Source of the DNA: Cycas panzhihuaensis
Lineage: Eukaryota; Plantae; Cycadophyta
Assembly: GCA_023213395.1 (NCBI GenBank)
Contig: CM041465.1
Span: forward strand, 36,277,741 to 36,341,740
Direction of reading: 5' to 3'
Length of the DNA stretch: 64,000 nt
This document shows positions 1 through 14,360 of this stretch, one piece after another. The number at the start of each line of letters is the position of its first letter. Within the stretch, counting starts at the first letter, position 1. The notes below the pieces were generated by a model, which saw nothing but the letters and a program-made list of their open reading frames with translations, ran no database searches and was not told where the DNA came from. A program made the position numbers and the translations under genes.

Positions 1-2120
1 ATGTATTTTGTTTGATCTTTTGGTTTAAGAGCATTAACACACCCTTTTGGTCAAATTTACCTTGAGAACCTTTGAGGAAACTTTCTCCCATGGGTTACAA
101 AACCTCCATTAGCCATTGCAACTATTGGTGAAGGGCATGAATGAAACTTTGATGGTTAGAGGAGTTTTTGGAGAGACAAATAGGTCTAAGTTATGACTTT
201 GGGACCCCTTTTCCGTAGGGTAGTCTCCTCTAACAACTCAAAGCATTTCACTTCATGGTGCATGCACAAACTCCACTAATGCAACACCTTATAACCATTC
301 CATGAGGCAAATAATTCATATCTCACCATTGAGATTTTGTATCTCACTTTTACTTTAGATTTTCATACCAAATAACCCAAAAAACTAGGTGATACCCCTT
401 ACTATTTAGGAGACCATTACCTCATAGGGGACCACGCTATTCTAAGGCACCACCCTCTCTTCCTTTTCCATTTTATTTTGCTTCTTGAATGTTGAGATCT
501 TAAAAAGGGAGGTAGAAGAATTTGACTTCTTTATTATTATAAGCAACTAACATATATATTGGTAACACTTGCATGAGTATTACTTATGGGAAAGTTTCCT
601 TGTTTTGCTTTGCAGGTTGGAGGCCTTCTCTCGCTCATAAAGAGGTCTCTACCACAAGGTAATTTCAATTTGTATTTTAGCATCATAGTTGGCTTATATT
701 TCCACTTTGTTGCTTTTATGCTTTCCTTTCATTTCCTTTTGAAACTTTGAATTTGAATTCGAGGAAGGTAAGGAAGCCCTTTTTTTCTCTCAATGACATT
801 TGCCACAACAAAGGAGGTCATGTCATTGGCAAGAGAGGGGCATGGGAGGAAGCAACTATGAGATTGACATCAAACATGACCTATTGGGTGCATCCTTTTT
901 ATACCCATCTTTATCTTGTTCGTTTCTTCCCAAAATCATTTATTTATTTATTTATTTAGAAAAGAGAATAGACATACATGCATTCTCTTCCTCTCTCCTT
1001 CTTTATGAAAAGAGCATAGTAGGAAGAGATTGTTTCTTTTATTTGTTCATGTACATTGCATATAAAAAGTGAAGCTACTACATCAAGTGAAAAGTATTTC
1101 TCTCCCTTTCCTCTTTTGCATTGAAAGAAAAATATTACATAAACTTCATCCCCTCTGTCTCATCTTTTCATACATGCACGTACTGGAAATGAAATAGGGG
1201 AAAATGGCAAATGCATTCCTTTCCTTTTGCATAAATAGGAAAAGAAAACGTTGCATAAATAAAAAAGAAAATGTTGAATAAACATTTTTCCCTCTTTCCC
1301 ATTTTGCATACATGCACACATGTGGGAACAAAATTTGGGAAGATAGCAAATACATCCTTTTTGCATAGATAAGAAACATAACTAGAAATGGAAACATTGC
1401 ATGAACTTTACACCCTTTTATCATTCTTACATATGCACATGTATGTAGGAACAAAACTAGGGCATTTAGTATAATCAAATTATAGTTTTCCTTCTTGAAT
1501 TGAAAAGAAACCTAATTGAGAAGAGATAGTTGCAACATTCTCTCCTTTTTTCTTCCTTGCATCCCTTGATTAGATTCCCTTAGGTGAAAACAAAAGGAGA
1601 GTGAAAGTAAGTGCTTACAGTCCATATGCTTTGTTAGAACAAATATTTTATCTTGCAAACAAGAAGAAACAACACCACCTCCTCTTGCAAGCAAAGGTAA
1701 CCATAAAGAAAGCTTTGCACTATAACCCAAACCCTAAAGGTAATCCTTTAGGAGGAAAGAAAACAACTCTAAACCATTTTTTTACATCCTCTTCCCCTCA
1801 TATATATTCTATTCTCCCTTTTTCAAATGGGAACCTTTATAACTTCCCTTCCCTACGAGGATAAGAGGGCCTTACCTAGGCTACTTAGTAACTTGAGGAT
1901 GTCACCTTTTCCATAATCTAAACTTAATAACTCACCTTGACTCTTCAAGAGTAGATAGGGCAATGCATATGTTATGGGTTCTTGAACCTATGTTTTGATG
2001 CATAGATGCCCTTTGAGGGCAATTTGATATTCTCTTACACCTTTAAACCCTTGTTCATTGACTTAGTATTTGGCTAGAGAGTGTGTATCTTAGTGACCCT
2101 CAAAGGTGCACTTCCAGGCG
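1..2120 (+). mobile_element. Truncated Tat-type (Ty3/gypsy) long LTR fragment, homologous to the LTR at 38162-41379
   Basis: Colinear motif matches to 39550-41260. Examples: 421-450 ctcataggggaccacgctattctaaggcac vs tcattagggaggccaacaccatcttgaggcac; ~1860-1920 ggataagagggccttacctaggctacttagtaacttgagg vs ggataggagaaacctacttgggcaactaggtaacctgag; ~2005 gatgccctttgagggc vs gatgcccttcgatggt. Confidence 0.6.
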
Positions 2121-2148
2121 GTCAAGCAAAAGATGTGATTGATAAATA

Positions 2149-2175
2149 TTAAGGTTCTAAACTTTAGAACCTTAA
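2149..2175. repeat. Perfect 13-bp inverted repeat with 1-nt loop
   Basis: TTAAGGTTCTAAA-C-TTTAGAACCTTAA, read directly. Confidence 0.9.
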
Positions 2176-2911
2176 AAAATATTAAAAATTGATAGGTTTG
2201 AAATATTGCTAGTATAAATACAAGTGTGCAGCCAACCATACCATTTAAAATGAGCCGTATGTATTATGAACTTCTCAAAAAGAGGTGCCTAAATTAAATA
2301 TTTTATTCTTGGGACTTTTGACTTTAGGAAATATTATGAAAAAGAGTTTATTGAGAGGAAATAACTATGGATGGTGTAGGAGAAATCATATATAGGGAAA
2401 TGGGTATAGTGATATATGAAAGCAACTAACTTCAGCATATATTCAGTCATGCTACAATGGAAAAAGGCATAAAGGCATGCATGTATAGTAATTAAAGACT
2501 TTTCATAGGTAAACTTTACTTTTTACAAGAATAGAGAGGCAAACAAGGTAACAGGAATGGGATACAATCTTAAATTAGCTATAATAATATAAAGAAAGGC
2601 TATGGTAGGCTTCAAATGTTCTCCATAGAATGAACATTACCTCCTAAAGTAACTTTTTAAAGTAGATCTTAGTACATATAAATAATAGACTCACATGCAT
2701 AAAATATTAAATGAAAACTATAGTACTAAGTATTAATGATATGAAAAATCAATGAAGAGTGTACATGTATTGAATGACTTAAATGACAATTAATCTTCTC
2801 ATAAATCCTTCATCTCTTGAGTGTGGCTCCTCTTGAGAGCTTCTCCAAACCTCGGCACTTCAAATGAATGCTCTTGTAATAAGACAATGCTCCAACATAC
2901 TTATAATTATT

Positions 2912-2923
2912 GCTCTAATACCA
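2912..2923 (-). promoter_or_regulatory. tRNA-iMet primer binding site of a decayed minus-strand LTR element
   Basis: gctctaatacca is the reverse complement of TGGTATTAGAGC (one transition from TGGTATCAGAGC). TG follows at 2926. Partner LTR not resolved. Confidence 0.55.
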
Positions 2924-3924
2924 AATGAAGGATTTACAGGAGTCAAATGGAGCAAAAAATACAGTAAAGGCAAAACAAATATCCAACATGATGGTGGTGT
3001 TGATGAACACCAGGGTCTTTAGCCCCCTTGAATTTACAGATGGGAGTTGAGTGAGAACCTAATGTGTACTACTAACTGGTGTTTAAAAACATTGTTATAA
3101 TATCCATTTGAATGTTGATAAGGTCGGCTAAATTGATTGCACCAAAACCTATGCCATCATAGTTGGCATGTGCTAATATAATCCCTAATGGGCATTATCC
3201 AACAATCCATGGAAGCTATATCACTATTCTACCTTTACATAACAACTTAGTAAGACTTCTATTCTTTTTATGCTTAGTTATTAACATCCTCTTATAGGAT
3301 TAATGGCCTTAGTGAATGGGATACACCTTAATCGTCTTTTAAATCACATAGTCACTACCAACTATTTACCACCTTCCATAATAATAAAGAAAGAATTTAT
3401 ATACCTATTGTGGTTTAGCATAATGATCTTCTTATTATTTCCTTAAAGTTACCCATTATCATGTAAGATGTAGTCATGCTATCCCTATACAATGTAGAGA
3501 AATACCCAAAAAAGAGATAAGGATAGAAACAAAGAATAAAAGGAATAATAAACTATTAGGATTGTTACCAATCTTATGTTAGCAATGTCTTAAGAAAAGG
3601 ACATCATTCAAAAGCATATTCATCAATCAAACAATAATAATTATCCATATATATAAATAAAAACTTGAATTATAAGGGGGGTGGAAATCTCAAGTAGTTA
3701 TATCATAAACGAAGGTGTTTTTAGGCATTTCGATGATTATGGCATATTAAATGATGTCATTGGTCAACTATGAAATGATGTCAAAGTTATATTATCTTAT
3801 TTAGTAGAAATTAACAAAATATATCATAAGGTCACAACCTTATGGGGGGAAAAAAAGAAGAATATACTCTTTTTAAAAGAATATATTCTCTTTTAAAAAA
3901 ATGTTGAATAGTATTCTTAAACCA

Positions 3925-4022
3925 TATTATTCCACTCAACTCTTACATAATTATTCCACTAAACATTCATGTAATAACTCAACACTTATACAATTATTCC
4001 ACCAACAATTATGTAATAACTC
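3925..4022. repeat. Degenerate AT-rich tandem repeats
   Basis: attattccac occurs three times and atgtaataactca twice in ~100 bp. Confidence 0.6.
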
Positions 4023-7000
4023 ATATATAATATTTATTGACATATATATATGTGTATACATATTATTATTAGTATTAAAAATTTTAAAAAATGACAATAT
4101 CTAAAATAGCATAAAGATATCATTAGGGCACAATGTCCACCAACTTGAGATCAATACAAGAAATATACCATTGTTGTAATGCAAAATTTAAAGAGGTTAA
4201 AATCAAATTTAGAGCATTAGTAAAAAGAAATTGATAAACATTCATTTATGCAGGAAAACATAGTGTTAGAGTATAACAAATTAGACGTCGTAAAATCATT
4301 AGGTAAAAAGTATTCTTTGGAGTTGTTGGCTAAATCACTTAACTATGAAACCATAGTATTAGATTATGTATATAATTTGACACTAAATAATATAGAAGAT
4401 AAGTATGATAGCATGCATTACAATGAACACCTTATTAAAACACAAAGGTTATTTGAGATTAAGGATCCTCAAGAAAAAATAAAAGATTTAACACAATCTC
4501 AAACAACTGACATCAAATGTTTTAATAATTACCCAAAATTCAATGCAATATTACGTTAGGATTATGAGAAAGAATATAGTAAACTTTAGGAGTAATATAT
4601 CAAAGAACCAAACTATTATAAAGCTAAAAAAAATTTCTATGACTATGTATGATATGAATGTGGTTTAACAACCTATATATTCGTTAATAAGAATCATGTA
4701 AAATAGAGCACACATAAGAATGTTTCACCATGGCTGACCCCTTCTAACATAGTCAGTACTTATCTTATTTTGTTTACCTAAACTTCTTTCTAGTTAGACT
4801 TAGATTCATTTAATCGATATAGTTTGGTTAATATTTTTAGTTATCAATTCTACTTTGGCTAATTATTTAATTTAAAAAAACTTTAATTGGATATGTTAAA
4901 CATTTGTCATTTTACTTTATTTATGTGATTATAATTATTGTCAATTAGATGATTATTGCATGCATATGATTATGATAACCTTTATTAGTGAATGATTGAT
5001 CTTGTGACTCATTTTCATTATCTAGTCTAACATGGTTTTAGAAGTTGATTTAAGTATTGCCAATTTATGTTTTGCTAGAATATTATCAAGCTTCCTTGTT
5101 ATTTTATCTTATTTTTTCTAGTATTTGATGTTTTTTCTTCCTTATCCTGTCTCCATATATGTCATCACTAGTTAATCAAGGCCCAATAAATTTATTTTGT
5201 TAAATTCTATTTTAGTTTTTTTATATTATTTAGTATTTTTAGGCTATCATGTTTTTGATATTTCAAAAAATGTGATAGTACAAATAAAAGGTGATAGGCT
5301 CTTATATTTTATGTTTTATTTATACTCTTACATTTTATTTGTACTCTTATATTTTTAGTTTATTCTTATATTTTTTACTATTATACTTATAAAATTAGTG
5401 ATAAAACATAGAAATCTCTATATTTTTTATTGTATTTTGGCCCAAATTTGTAGGGTGGCATCACCCCACATATTCTAGCATATTCCTACTAATTGCATCT
5501 ACCTCCATGTAAGATTTTTATAGGAGAAATTAACAAAACCATGACTGAAAACCATGGTTTTAGCCTCACGCTTTCTCCCTTTCTTATTTTATAAATACTT
5601 ATCCATTTTTAGAGCAAAGCGATGGGAGTTTTCTATGTAATAAAGTTCTGCCAAAATTTTGCCAACACCTCTTTCTAGTGGTTTGCCTTTGATTTTGAGT
5701 GGTTTTAGAGATTCTTTCTTAGTATTTTATGAAGCTTGCGTAAAGAATTGAGAATTCATCTTTGGCCAGATTACTTCCTTTTTCCCCAATATACCTCTCC
5801 CCCTATTTGTTGGGCCCTCTTCTCTTAGTTTTCCACTAGTTATTGATGTACTTTCTCTTCTACAACATTAACTATTATTGAATTTCTCACTTTTAAGGAA
5901 CTTCGAGCAACCTTACAACATGTTGGATGAAGATATGACATTACTCTAAGGCTTCTTTCATCTTCACACTATTAAGTTTGGAATGAATTTTTTTATTGTG
6001 TGTTCATTTTACTAGTTAGAGTAGTTTTGTTGTTTAAAAAGAAATTTTTAAAAAGGTTTCATGTCAAATTCAAGTTACTTCCTTCAAGTACTTTAGTCTT
6101 TATTGAGTCAAACAATTTAAGGAATCAAACTAGTTTTAATTTCTAAATCATTTCTCTCTATTTTAGAGTATAAAAGGTTAATTTGTGGGATTGAACCAAT
6201 TTCAATCTGCATATTGACTATCGTCAGATTGAGTTACTCATTTTCCTTCCTTACTCTTATTTATAATCCATTCAAAGAGTGGGCAAAAGAAGTTGTAAAA
6301 CAATACCAATTCTTTATAAAAAGGTGAATAGAAAGATAGATATTTGAATAAAGTGACCATACTCTCTATCATAGAGTTTTTGGTCACTCTTGATAATTAT
6401 TTACTATTAAAATTCCTAAGGTATAGTAGAAATGCTACTGAAATTTTGATAGATTATTACAATTTGAATTCATGCTTTTATTTCAATTATTTAAGTAACA
6501 AATGTTATATCTCATTTGGTTAGTTGGTTTTATTTTTAAATGATTGTAATTAAAGGAAAAGGAAATTATTACTTGGAAATGTTGCTAAAAGGTACTAATC
6601 TCATTCTTTCCCTTTGCAATTATTTCATTATCTTTAAACCACATGAAAAGAAAAAGGAATGAATCTATGTATTTATTATTGTTTTAAGTTAATTGAATGA
6701 TTGATAAGATTATTGATCTAAACATTATTCTTATTTGCTTTGAAAAAGATAAAAAAAGAAGAAATGGTTTCATTGTCATTGGTTAAGATTGTATTGGATC
6801 TTTTGCATTTGTTATTTTTCTTTATTTTAGTAATTAGATCACAAAAAGGACTAAAATAAAAGTGAAGGAGTTATGACTTGGATAAATATAAGAGTAATAA
6901 AAGAAGTTAGAATTTATCTTTCTTATGTTCTAAACAAATTTTCACAATCTATTAGACAACCAAAAAAAGGGAAAAAAGAAAGTGCATCCATCTATATTTT

Positions 7001-7780
7001 AATTGGTATGTTGCTTGAATGAGTGTTATATATATCAAACTTAAATTTGCATCCTAAATTTGCATTTAGGGATTGATTTTTCTTATTTAGTCCCCCTTAG
7101 GTTAAGTCCCATCCCTCTATTTAGGACTTGCTTGATCACTTAAGACTTGGCATCCATTTTGTACAAACTTACTGTCTCCTAGGGATAAATACATCTCATT
7201 GCTAGAGGTCATTTGATTGGCTAGGACTTGGCATTGCTAATGTATAAACTATCTCTCCTTTAGAATTATTTTCTCTTGTTATATTCTAAACATTAAAGGA
7301 AGTGGCTTACCACTACTCTTTAGGTTGGGATAGACTTTCTCTTTTTTACTTTTACCTCTAAAGGTAAGAACCCATTGGAATCATACACAGGCATTCTCGA
7401 GTAATCCATTCTTATGGGTGGATCATCATTGGGTGAGAAAGTCCCTAATAAATAACCCCCAACAGGTCATTAATCTAAGGTCTATAGTCTCTTAGGTCCT
7501 CACACTCATCAATCCTCCTAATGTCTAGTTTGTCCAATGTTGTTTTTCTCCTTTGGATGGAAATAAAGGTCTAGATTAGAGTTTTATCTATAAGAGGGAT
7601 TTGGGGTAGAAAAAAAAGGAAACTTAGGATGTTTACTTTGGGGTAAGGACCCCCAACAATCCTTCCACTTGTTGGAAGGTATTTGTGACTTCCTTGAGAT
7701 TAAGAAGACTTTTGATTTATTTGTTTAAATTCTTTTGGTGATGTTGTTTACCTATTTTCATTTGATTACATTATGTACAT

Positions 7781-7782
<2 letters not shown>

Positions 7783-7845
<63 letters not shown>
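7783..7845. repeat. (TG)n microsatellite with one interruption
   Basis: Direct reading. Confidence 0.98.
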
Positions 7846-9619
7846 AGTTTGATTGATAAACAAACCTGGTCCACCCTTTGTTGCTTAGCATATAATAAAA
7901 GAGATATCCTTCCTCTCTAAAGGAGAAGGTTGAAGGTCTATCTTAAGACATGTCACTTATGCCTCCACTCGTTCATGATGTTGAAGGTAATTTACTTGAA
8001 GACACAGAATCATTTTGGTGACTATACTAGGGAGTTGCTAAAGCTTCCTAGCTGTATACTTTATACTTGCATCTTTGACATTTTCTTGAGCCCCTTCATG
8101 AGACATTCTTACTTGGCTAGTTTTGAACCTACACTCTCACTTACTAGTTTAAGATAGGACCCTTCATTCTCATTTAAGATCTCACCTTCCTTTTGCTTTC
8201 ATCTTCAACTTTATATTTCCATTCCCATGGAAGTTTCTTCATATCCTCCCTCCCTCCCTCCTGAAGACTCTTTAAATAAGCATTATGAAGAATATAAAAC
8301 CTAGGAAGGCTACATACCTTATGAGGGATATCGAGGTTATGAGGGCTATGAGACTCATGTTCATCCTTAAGAAGATTCTATTGATCTATTTGAGGTCCTT
8401 ACAGAGCAAGATTATTTTAAATACCACAAGCCATACTTAGGAGAACCTTCATTAGTAGCCCCTACTTCCATCCATGATGAGGCATATATAGAGTATAATT
8501 CCCACACATTTTCATAATCCTTACTCACTAAGGTCTACCCTCCTACTTACATTCCAAAATAGTAGGATCCATTTCATCTAGATACTCATAATATATCACT
8601 ACCCACTCATTTGCTCCCTGATCAACATTAGAAGCAATGTGAGCCTCCTTTTAGGAGTATCAATCCCCACTTATCAATCAACCTCATTCATCCAATGATA
8701 CATCCCCCCACCAACCTCCTCCCCACCCCCACCTCACACTTGATTCTTCTCATCCTTATACCCCAAAGGCACCTCTTGTACCTCTCAATGAGGTATGATA
8801 TACTAGGTTAGTTTATTCTCAAGCCCAAAGACAAATTAATACTATGTAGGGATGAGCCTACGTTCCTCTTTTCCCCTATGTTTCATTCATTGTTTCACTT
8901 AAGAGTACTAATCAATATTAATAACTTAGTTTGGGTTATACACATTGACCTTTTACATCATATTAATTCCCTCATTCTAGACCTATTAGAGGGCTATCTT
9001 TTGGGTGTTACTGTAGATTCCCTCATATTACTCAATATATTCCATTGGTAGGTGCCATCTCTTCCCACGACACTTCCTATCTCGGTCAAGGGAACCTTTT
9101 CCCTCCACCCTACTATAGGATATATTACAAGACCTCCAACCTCCCAATCTTATAAAGGACCTACAATATTAGCTCCTCTATTTCACACATATTATAGCTT
9201 CGTTGGTGCCTAAGGCTCATTTCATGCTTCTTATCCTTACATAACTCCCACTGACCATCACATCCCGTAATAGTAGATACCTCAATCAATTAGAGGGCCT
9301 ACACCATCTTGTGGTCTTATACCTTCTTACACTCGATAATTATACCCTTAATATGCAATTCTCCCTCTTTAGTATATTCCTCCATCTTAATAACTCCCTA
9401 TTTCCTAGAGGGGAATAAATCCCAAGCATGTTGTATGGTTCACTCCTTCCCATCCTTCAGCTTCTTATCCTTCATATTATGAGTATCCATCTTATGGGCC
9501 CTCCATTGCTTGTTAGTAGCCTCCTCCTTAACCCTCCTTTACATTGAGACCTAAGAGGCTATTTGTGGATTACATAAGGATCCTACTTCTATAAGAAGTC
9601 CTCCTTTTATCAATGCCTC

Positions 9620-10090
9620 ATTTTATCCTTGAGTTACCAAAATTCTTGAGAGAATTGATACAAGATCCTACTGGACATATATAAACTTTTACACTTGCAT
9701 GCATCAATTTCCTTCCATATAATTATGTCATAATAAGGCTATTCCTAAAATCACTTTAAGGCAATGCTATGAAGTAGTTTTATCACCTTTCATATTTGAA
9801 TAATTATTTGATACTTTTATCAACTACTTTGATGTTGCTAGGTTATTTGAAATGAGCATCAAGCCCCTTCTCTTTATAAAATAGAATTGTGACATATAGT
9901 CTCACTACTTTGTAAGATGATTCCTAGACCTAGTTCATACTTGTCATTCACACCTTAAATTAGGTCTTCTTTTTCATATTTTTACTAATACTTTGAGACA
10001 TCATGTCCACTTAAAGGTTCTTAAACACAACCCCTAAATTTATAAGAAAGCCATTGACAAGTGTTTAGATCTCAAAGCCTTTGAGATTTA
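9620..10090 (+). pseudogene. gag: Element A gag (Retrotrans_gag-like) remnant
   Basis: Hand translation LELPKFLRELIQDPTGHI*TFTLACINF...IRLFLKSL*GNAMK*FYHL; homologous to the gag at 42740-42897. Confidence 0.7.
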
Positions 10091-10984
10091 GGCAAGAATT
10101 AAGAAGATTAATAAGCCTATTCTAGTAAAGGACTCCTTCCAAGGGTCAAAACCTACTTAGAGTGATCATACATATGATCATCTTACATCTTCTCTTAAAT
10201 CCGTTGGATATACCATTAACACTAAGTTATGGGTATAAAACTCTCTTGTTCCTAATCCAAAACAAAATCTAAAGTTATCCATTATGATAAGGAGAAGAAA
10301 TGACAAAAGCCTTCTGCTCCCTTATGAAAGAGGACTCCTTGGTATTCTTAGTAATAAACTAATACCCATGATTAATATGAGCACCATGTGGTTTAGGCAA
10401 TGGGTTAAAAAGCTCAAAGTAATAATAATCCTACTTCCAAGCCTAATAAAGATCAATTAATTTACAAGGACCCCTTGCTTGATTATGAATAGGAGCATAC
10501 TAAGGATAAAAGTAAAGGAAAATCTAAACAAGATGACACTAGTGATAATGAGATCTTAAGTTTAGAACCTAGTAAGAAATATACCACCTCACCTAAGGGT
10601 GGTGGTAAAAATCCTAATAATCAAAATTGGCCACCCCTTAAGGGTGGTGAAACTAAAAGGACAACTAACTCCAGAATCCTTGCCCCTTGTGTCTCCTAGA
10701 CCTATTTATTTTAGATCCATCCCCTCCACGATAAAAGATAGGTCCTTCTCTTTAGTTAATAAATTGAAGACTATCCCTACTATGATCTTAGTAGTGGATT
10801 TATTATGGAGTTGACTAGAGTATTACCAACTCTTTTCTAATGCCTTAGGGGTCTCTACTCCTAGTTCCCTAATAAGTCTTTCCCTCTCCTTTGATCCTTC
10901 TATCTTACCTAATGAGAAGAAGAGGAATTATAATGATATTCATCCTTTTTATAATAAAATATATAAAGATAAAACTAACATTTG

Positions 10985-11290
10985 ATGTATTATTATCAAT
11001 GAAGGGTCATCGATGAATGTGATCCCCCTTCACCTTATAGAGGACTTAGAGATTATTGCTTATAAACCTTATGAATGGATTTTCCAAGGATATGACAAGA
11101 ATCAAAAAGTGTTATTAGGGCAGGTCACTCTCCCTCTTACTTTAAAAGGGAAAATGATTATGGTTGACCTCACCATTATAGACCTTAACCTAGAATATAA
11201 CATCCTATTAAGGAGGCCCTAGATCAACCAAATGTCTATAGTTTACTCTTTGCTCTTTGGTGAGCTCAAGTTCATTAATAAGGGAGAGCC
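10985..11290 (+). pseudogene. pol: Element A aspartic protease remnant
   Basis: IIINEGSSMNVIP (IDxGSSxNV motif). ORF 11013-11222 ends YNILLRRP*I, matching YNILLGRPWI. Confidence 0.8.
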
Positions 11291-11384
11291 CAAGGTTATT
11301 AAACAAAATAATAAACCTATCTGCCATTATGTTCCACTCATAAAAATCATCATAGAAAAAGGAGAACCTTCTATCCATTTTGAG

Positions 11385-11819
11385 TGTTAAAACATATAGA
11401 TCCAAAGATTGCCTTTTAAACCCTAATGAAAAATATGAATGTGAACTAAGATATAAGTATGAGGTATAATGAATAAGAAAATGATAAATGAAACAAATAA
11501 AATATAGAGCATGTACAATATAAAAGACAATAAATATATAGGAAATGATCACCTTCCAAATTATTATATTAGGAATTATCACATACTTATAGTACATTTT
11601 GATCTCATACTTGACAAATGGGATAAGATAACCCTTACGTCCACCAATGGGGATGTTAACATAAATAGGTGTACTTCACATATACATATCTCAATATCAT
11701 AATAAAAAATACCTATGGGAGTTAAGGGGAACACTTAACTAAATATATGAATCAATATTAAACATTATATTTTAATATTGAGTACTTCCAATCTTTGGGT
11801 TTTGGGTAATATTTTACCA
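11385..11819. mobile_element. Probable solo LTR inserted in element A
   Basis: Termini TGTTAAAA...TTTTACCA form an imperfect inverted repeat. Flanks are TTGAG/TAGAG (4/5 TSD). The segment is more A/T-rich than its flanks. Confidence 0.55.
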
Positions 11820-13059
11820 TAGAGTCCCTTTGAATGCCCATACATTAAGTTAAGAATGTCAATATGATCAACACCATTCCCTTATAGGAAAGCTTTTCTT
11901 CAAGTTAATTTCATGAGGAAATATTTTACAACAACTTGGAACCTTTTTCTATGTGTACTCTTATCTCCTTAGTAAAGATTTCACCTCTTTGCCTTAGGAG
12001 ATACTTGATAAATCCTACACATGTGATATAAGAACCAACCTATTAGGCCTTATATTCTTTACATCATGCCATCAATGATGACGTCTTACTTTAGGATACT
12101 CCCCTTTCATCCTAAGAGCCTACCTTATTAGGACCATCCTCTCATAAGTCAAATCTTAGGCATGTCCTCTACTTACACCATGTAAAGGACACCTCAATCA
12201 CCATTATATCTACTCCTTATCATTCTCCATAAGTAGACTCCTCTTAAGCTACTATTTTCTCTTCTAATAAGGTGTCTTATCATGAATCTCCCTTCCAAAT
12301 AAATTGGTTCAATTAACATAGCTAGAAACTCCTTATGCATTGACATATAGACCTCTTACCTCTAAAAGATGAGATATCCCCTTTGGATAACACCCCTAGA
12401 TTAAATATAACATGGCGAAAAGAAATTAAGAAAATTAACATGATCACTACTATCTTCCCTTTAATCAAGGTGATCATTTAGGATGACATTATACCTTTCC
12501 TCCTCCATATATCTCCTCCTCTGAACCTTCCCCCAATCGATGAGTCTAGATTTTGTTAGCTTTTGTTAGGTTGTTCAATCATACCTCACTGGTCGCAGAT
12601 GTATTTTATATCTAGGACCATGTCATCCTTTTAAAAATAGCTACCCTAGGTTCATTTCATCATTCTCCCTCTCAACCTAAAGATTCTATCATTAAAGATG
12701 TTCTTTATCTTAATCATTTTGAGAATGATAAAGTAATATTGGACACCTAGTAGGAGCCATTCCTAACCTTCTTCCTAACCATCACAAGCTTAATTTTACC
12801 ATGCACTTACTCTCTGATTTACCCTTGGCTATTTTATATTAGTCCTTATAAGAACCTCCATCTTTTTTTAGTCCTACCCCTCCATATTTTGAGGAAGGGA
12901 ATTCCATGCTCATTGGCAAGATAGTGGACATAGACTAGAAAATTGATAACACACTAAAAATCATCAAGGTTGGAGTAGATTATGTACTAAAAGAAGTTAA
13001 GAAACTTAAGGATTTTTTTTGAGTTCATATCAGTTTTTACTTAGAACTACAATGATATG

Positions 13060-14360
13060 TAAGGTCTTAACCTTGATGTCATGGTCTATAATATCGCCAT
13101 AATCTCGAGAGTTAAACCTAAGAGTCAAAAGGAAATACCTATCAACCCTCACTTATCCACAATTAGTAAATAAGAAGTTGAGAAACTATTAAAAGTAGTC
13201 TTTATCAAAAGCATTGACTACTCATAATGGGTATCTAATATTATCCCTATTGCTAAGAAAAATAGATTAATTAGGATACATATTAATTTCCATGGCATTA
13301 ATAATGCTTATCCAAAAGATAATTTTTCCCTCCCATTCCTTGATCAGATTTAGGATCAAACAATCAATTTTTAGGTCATGTCCCTCATGGATAACTTCTT
13401 AAGATATATGTAAATCCTTATCTCACCCAAAGATCATTATAAAATAACTTTCATAACTCTATGGGGAATATTTTCCTATAAGGTTATGCCATTTGGCCTG
13501 AAAGATACTAGAGCCACCTACTAATAGGCAATGGTCTTCATATTTCATGATAAGATTGGAGTCATAATATCCATCTGCTTAGATTATAAACTCATCCCAT
13601 CTCACTATAGAAAGGTTCACATTCATGACTTAAGAACAAACTTTAAGTGATATAATAATTATTACTTATTTCTTAATTTGAGAAAAATTGTCTTTACCAT
13701 CACTTCTAATAAGATGCTAGGAAACATAGTTTCTCGTGATGGTATTAGAGTTGACCTTGAAAAGGTAATGGCTATCATTGAAATGCCACCTCTATGAAGT
13801 CAAAAATAAAGAAAATATTTTCTTAACAAGTTAGGTGTCCTATGAAGGTTCATTATAGACTTTGAATTGAATGAAAACCTCTCATCAATCTTCTTAAGAA
13901 AGAGGCTTCTCTAAAATGAACCATATCCATTCAGGAATCTTTTGATAAATTGAACTAAGACCTAGTTTTGACTCCCATTCTTACTCCTCTCCCTCTTTTT
14001 AAGATTTTAATCTTGTATACATCTTTCACTAAAGATTCCATACCCAAGAGGATGAGTTTAGTAGGGAGTGGGCCATCTATTTCATAAGTAGAATCCTTAT
14101 TATTGCCAAGTTCAACTACTCTACTTTGAAGAAAGAATGCTTATGCTTAGTCTTTGTGACTAAGACGTTATGTCATTACCTCCTTGGAAGCAATAGCTTC
14201 ATAATTATTTAATTTTACCTTATCCACTTTTCACTTACCAAGAGTGATCTTACAGGGTGAGCTACTAGGTAGGCACTCCTCTTGTAAGAGTTTGACCTTC
14301 AAAATATTAATCATAAATCTAAAAAAGGCATGATAGTCATTGAAATAATGGTTGAAGCAC
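13060..14360 (+). pseudogene. pol: Element A reverse transcriptase and RNase H remnant
   Basis: WVSNIIPI..KKN, PKDNFSLPFLDQ, YKVMPFGLKDTRATY, LGNIVSRDGIRVDLEKV, YFISRIL and LL*EFDL motifs, with many stops. Confidence 0.85.

Noticed and set aside
747-1864. Cluster of short ORFs
   Set aside because: Low-complexity translations inside an LTR-like region with no recognisable domain.
4248-4559. 103-aa ORF with protein-like composition
   Set aside because: No motif I can recognise; a database search would be needed. Not called.
4700-7660. Candidate 5' LTR of element A
   Set aside because: It looks LTR-like, with a possible end ccccaaca at 7658, but I found no matching partner, TSD or PBS.
7735-7920. 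ORF with poly-(CV) tract
   Set aside because: Artefact of the (TG)n microsatellite.
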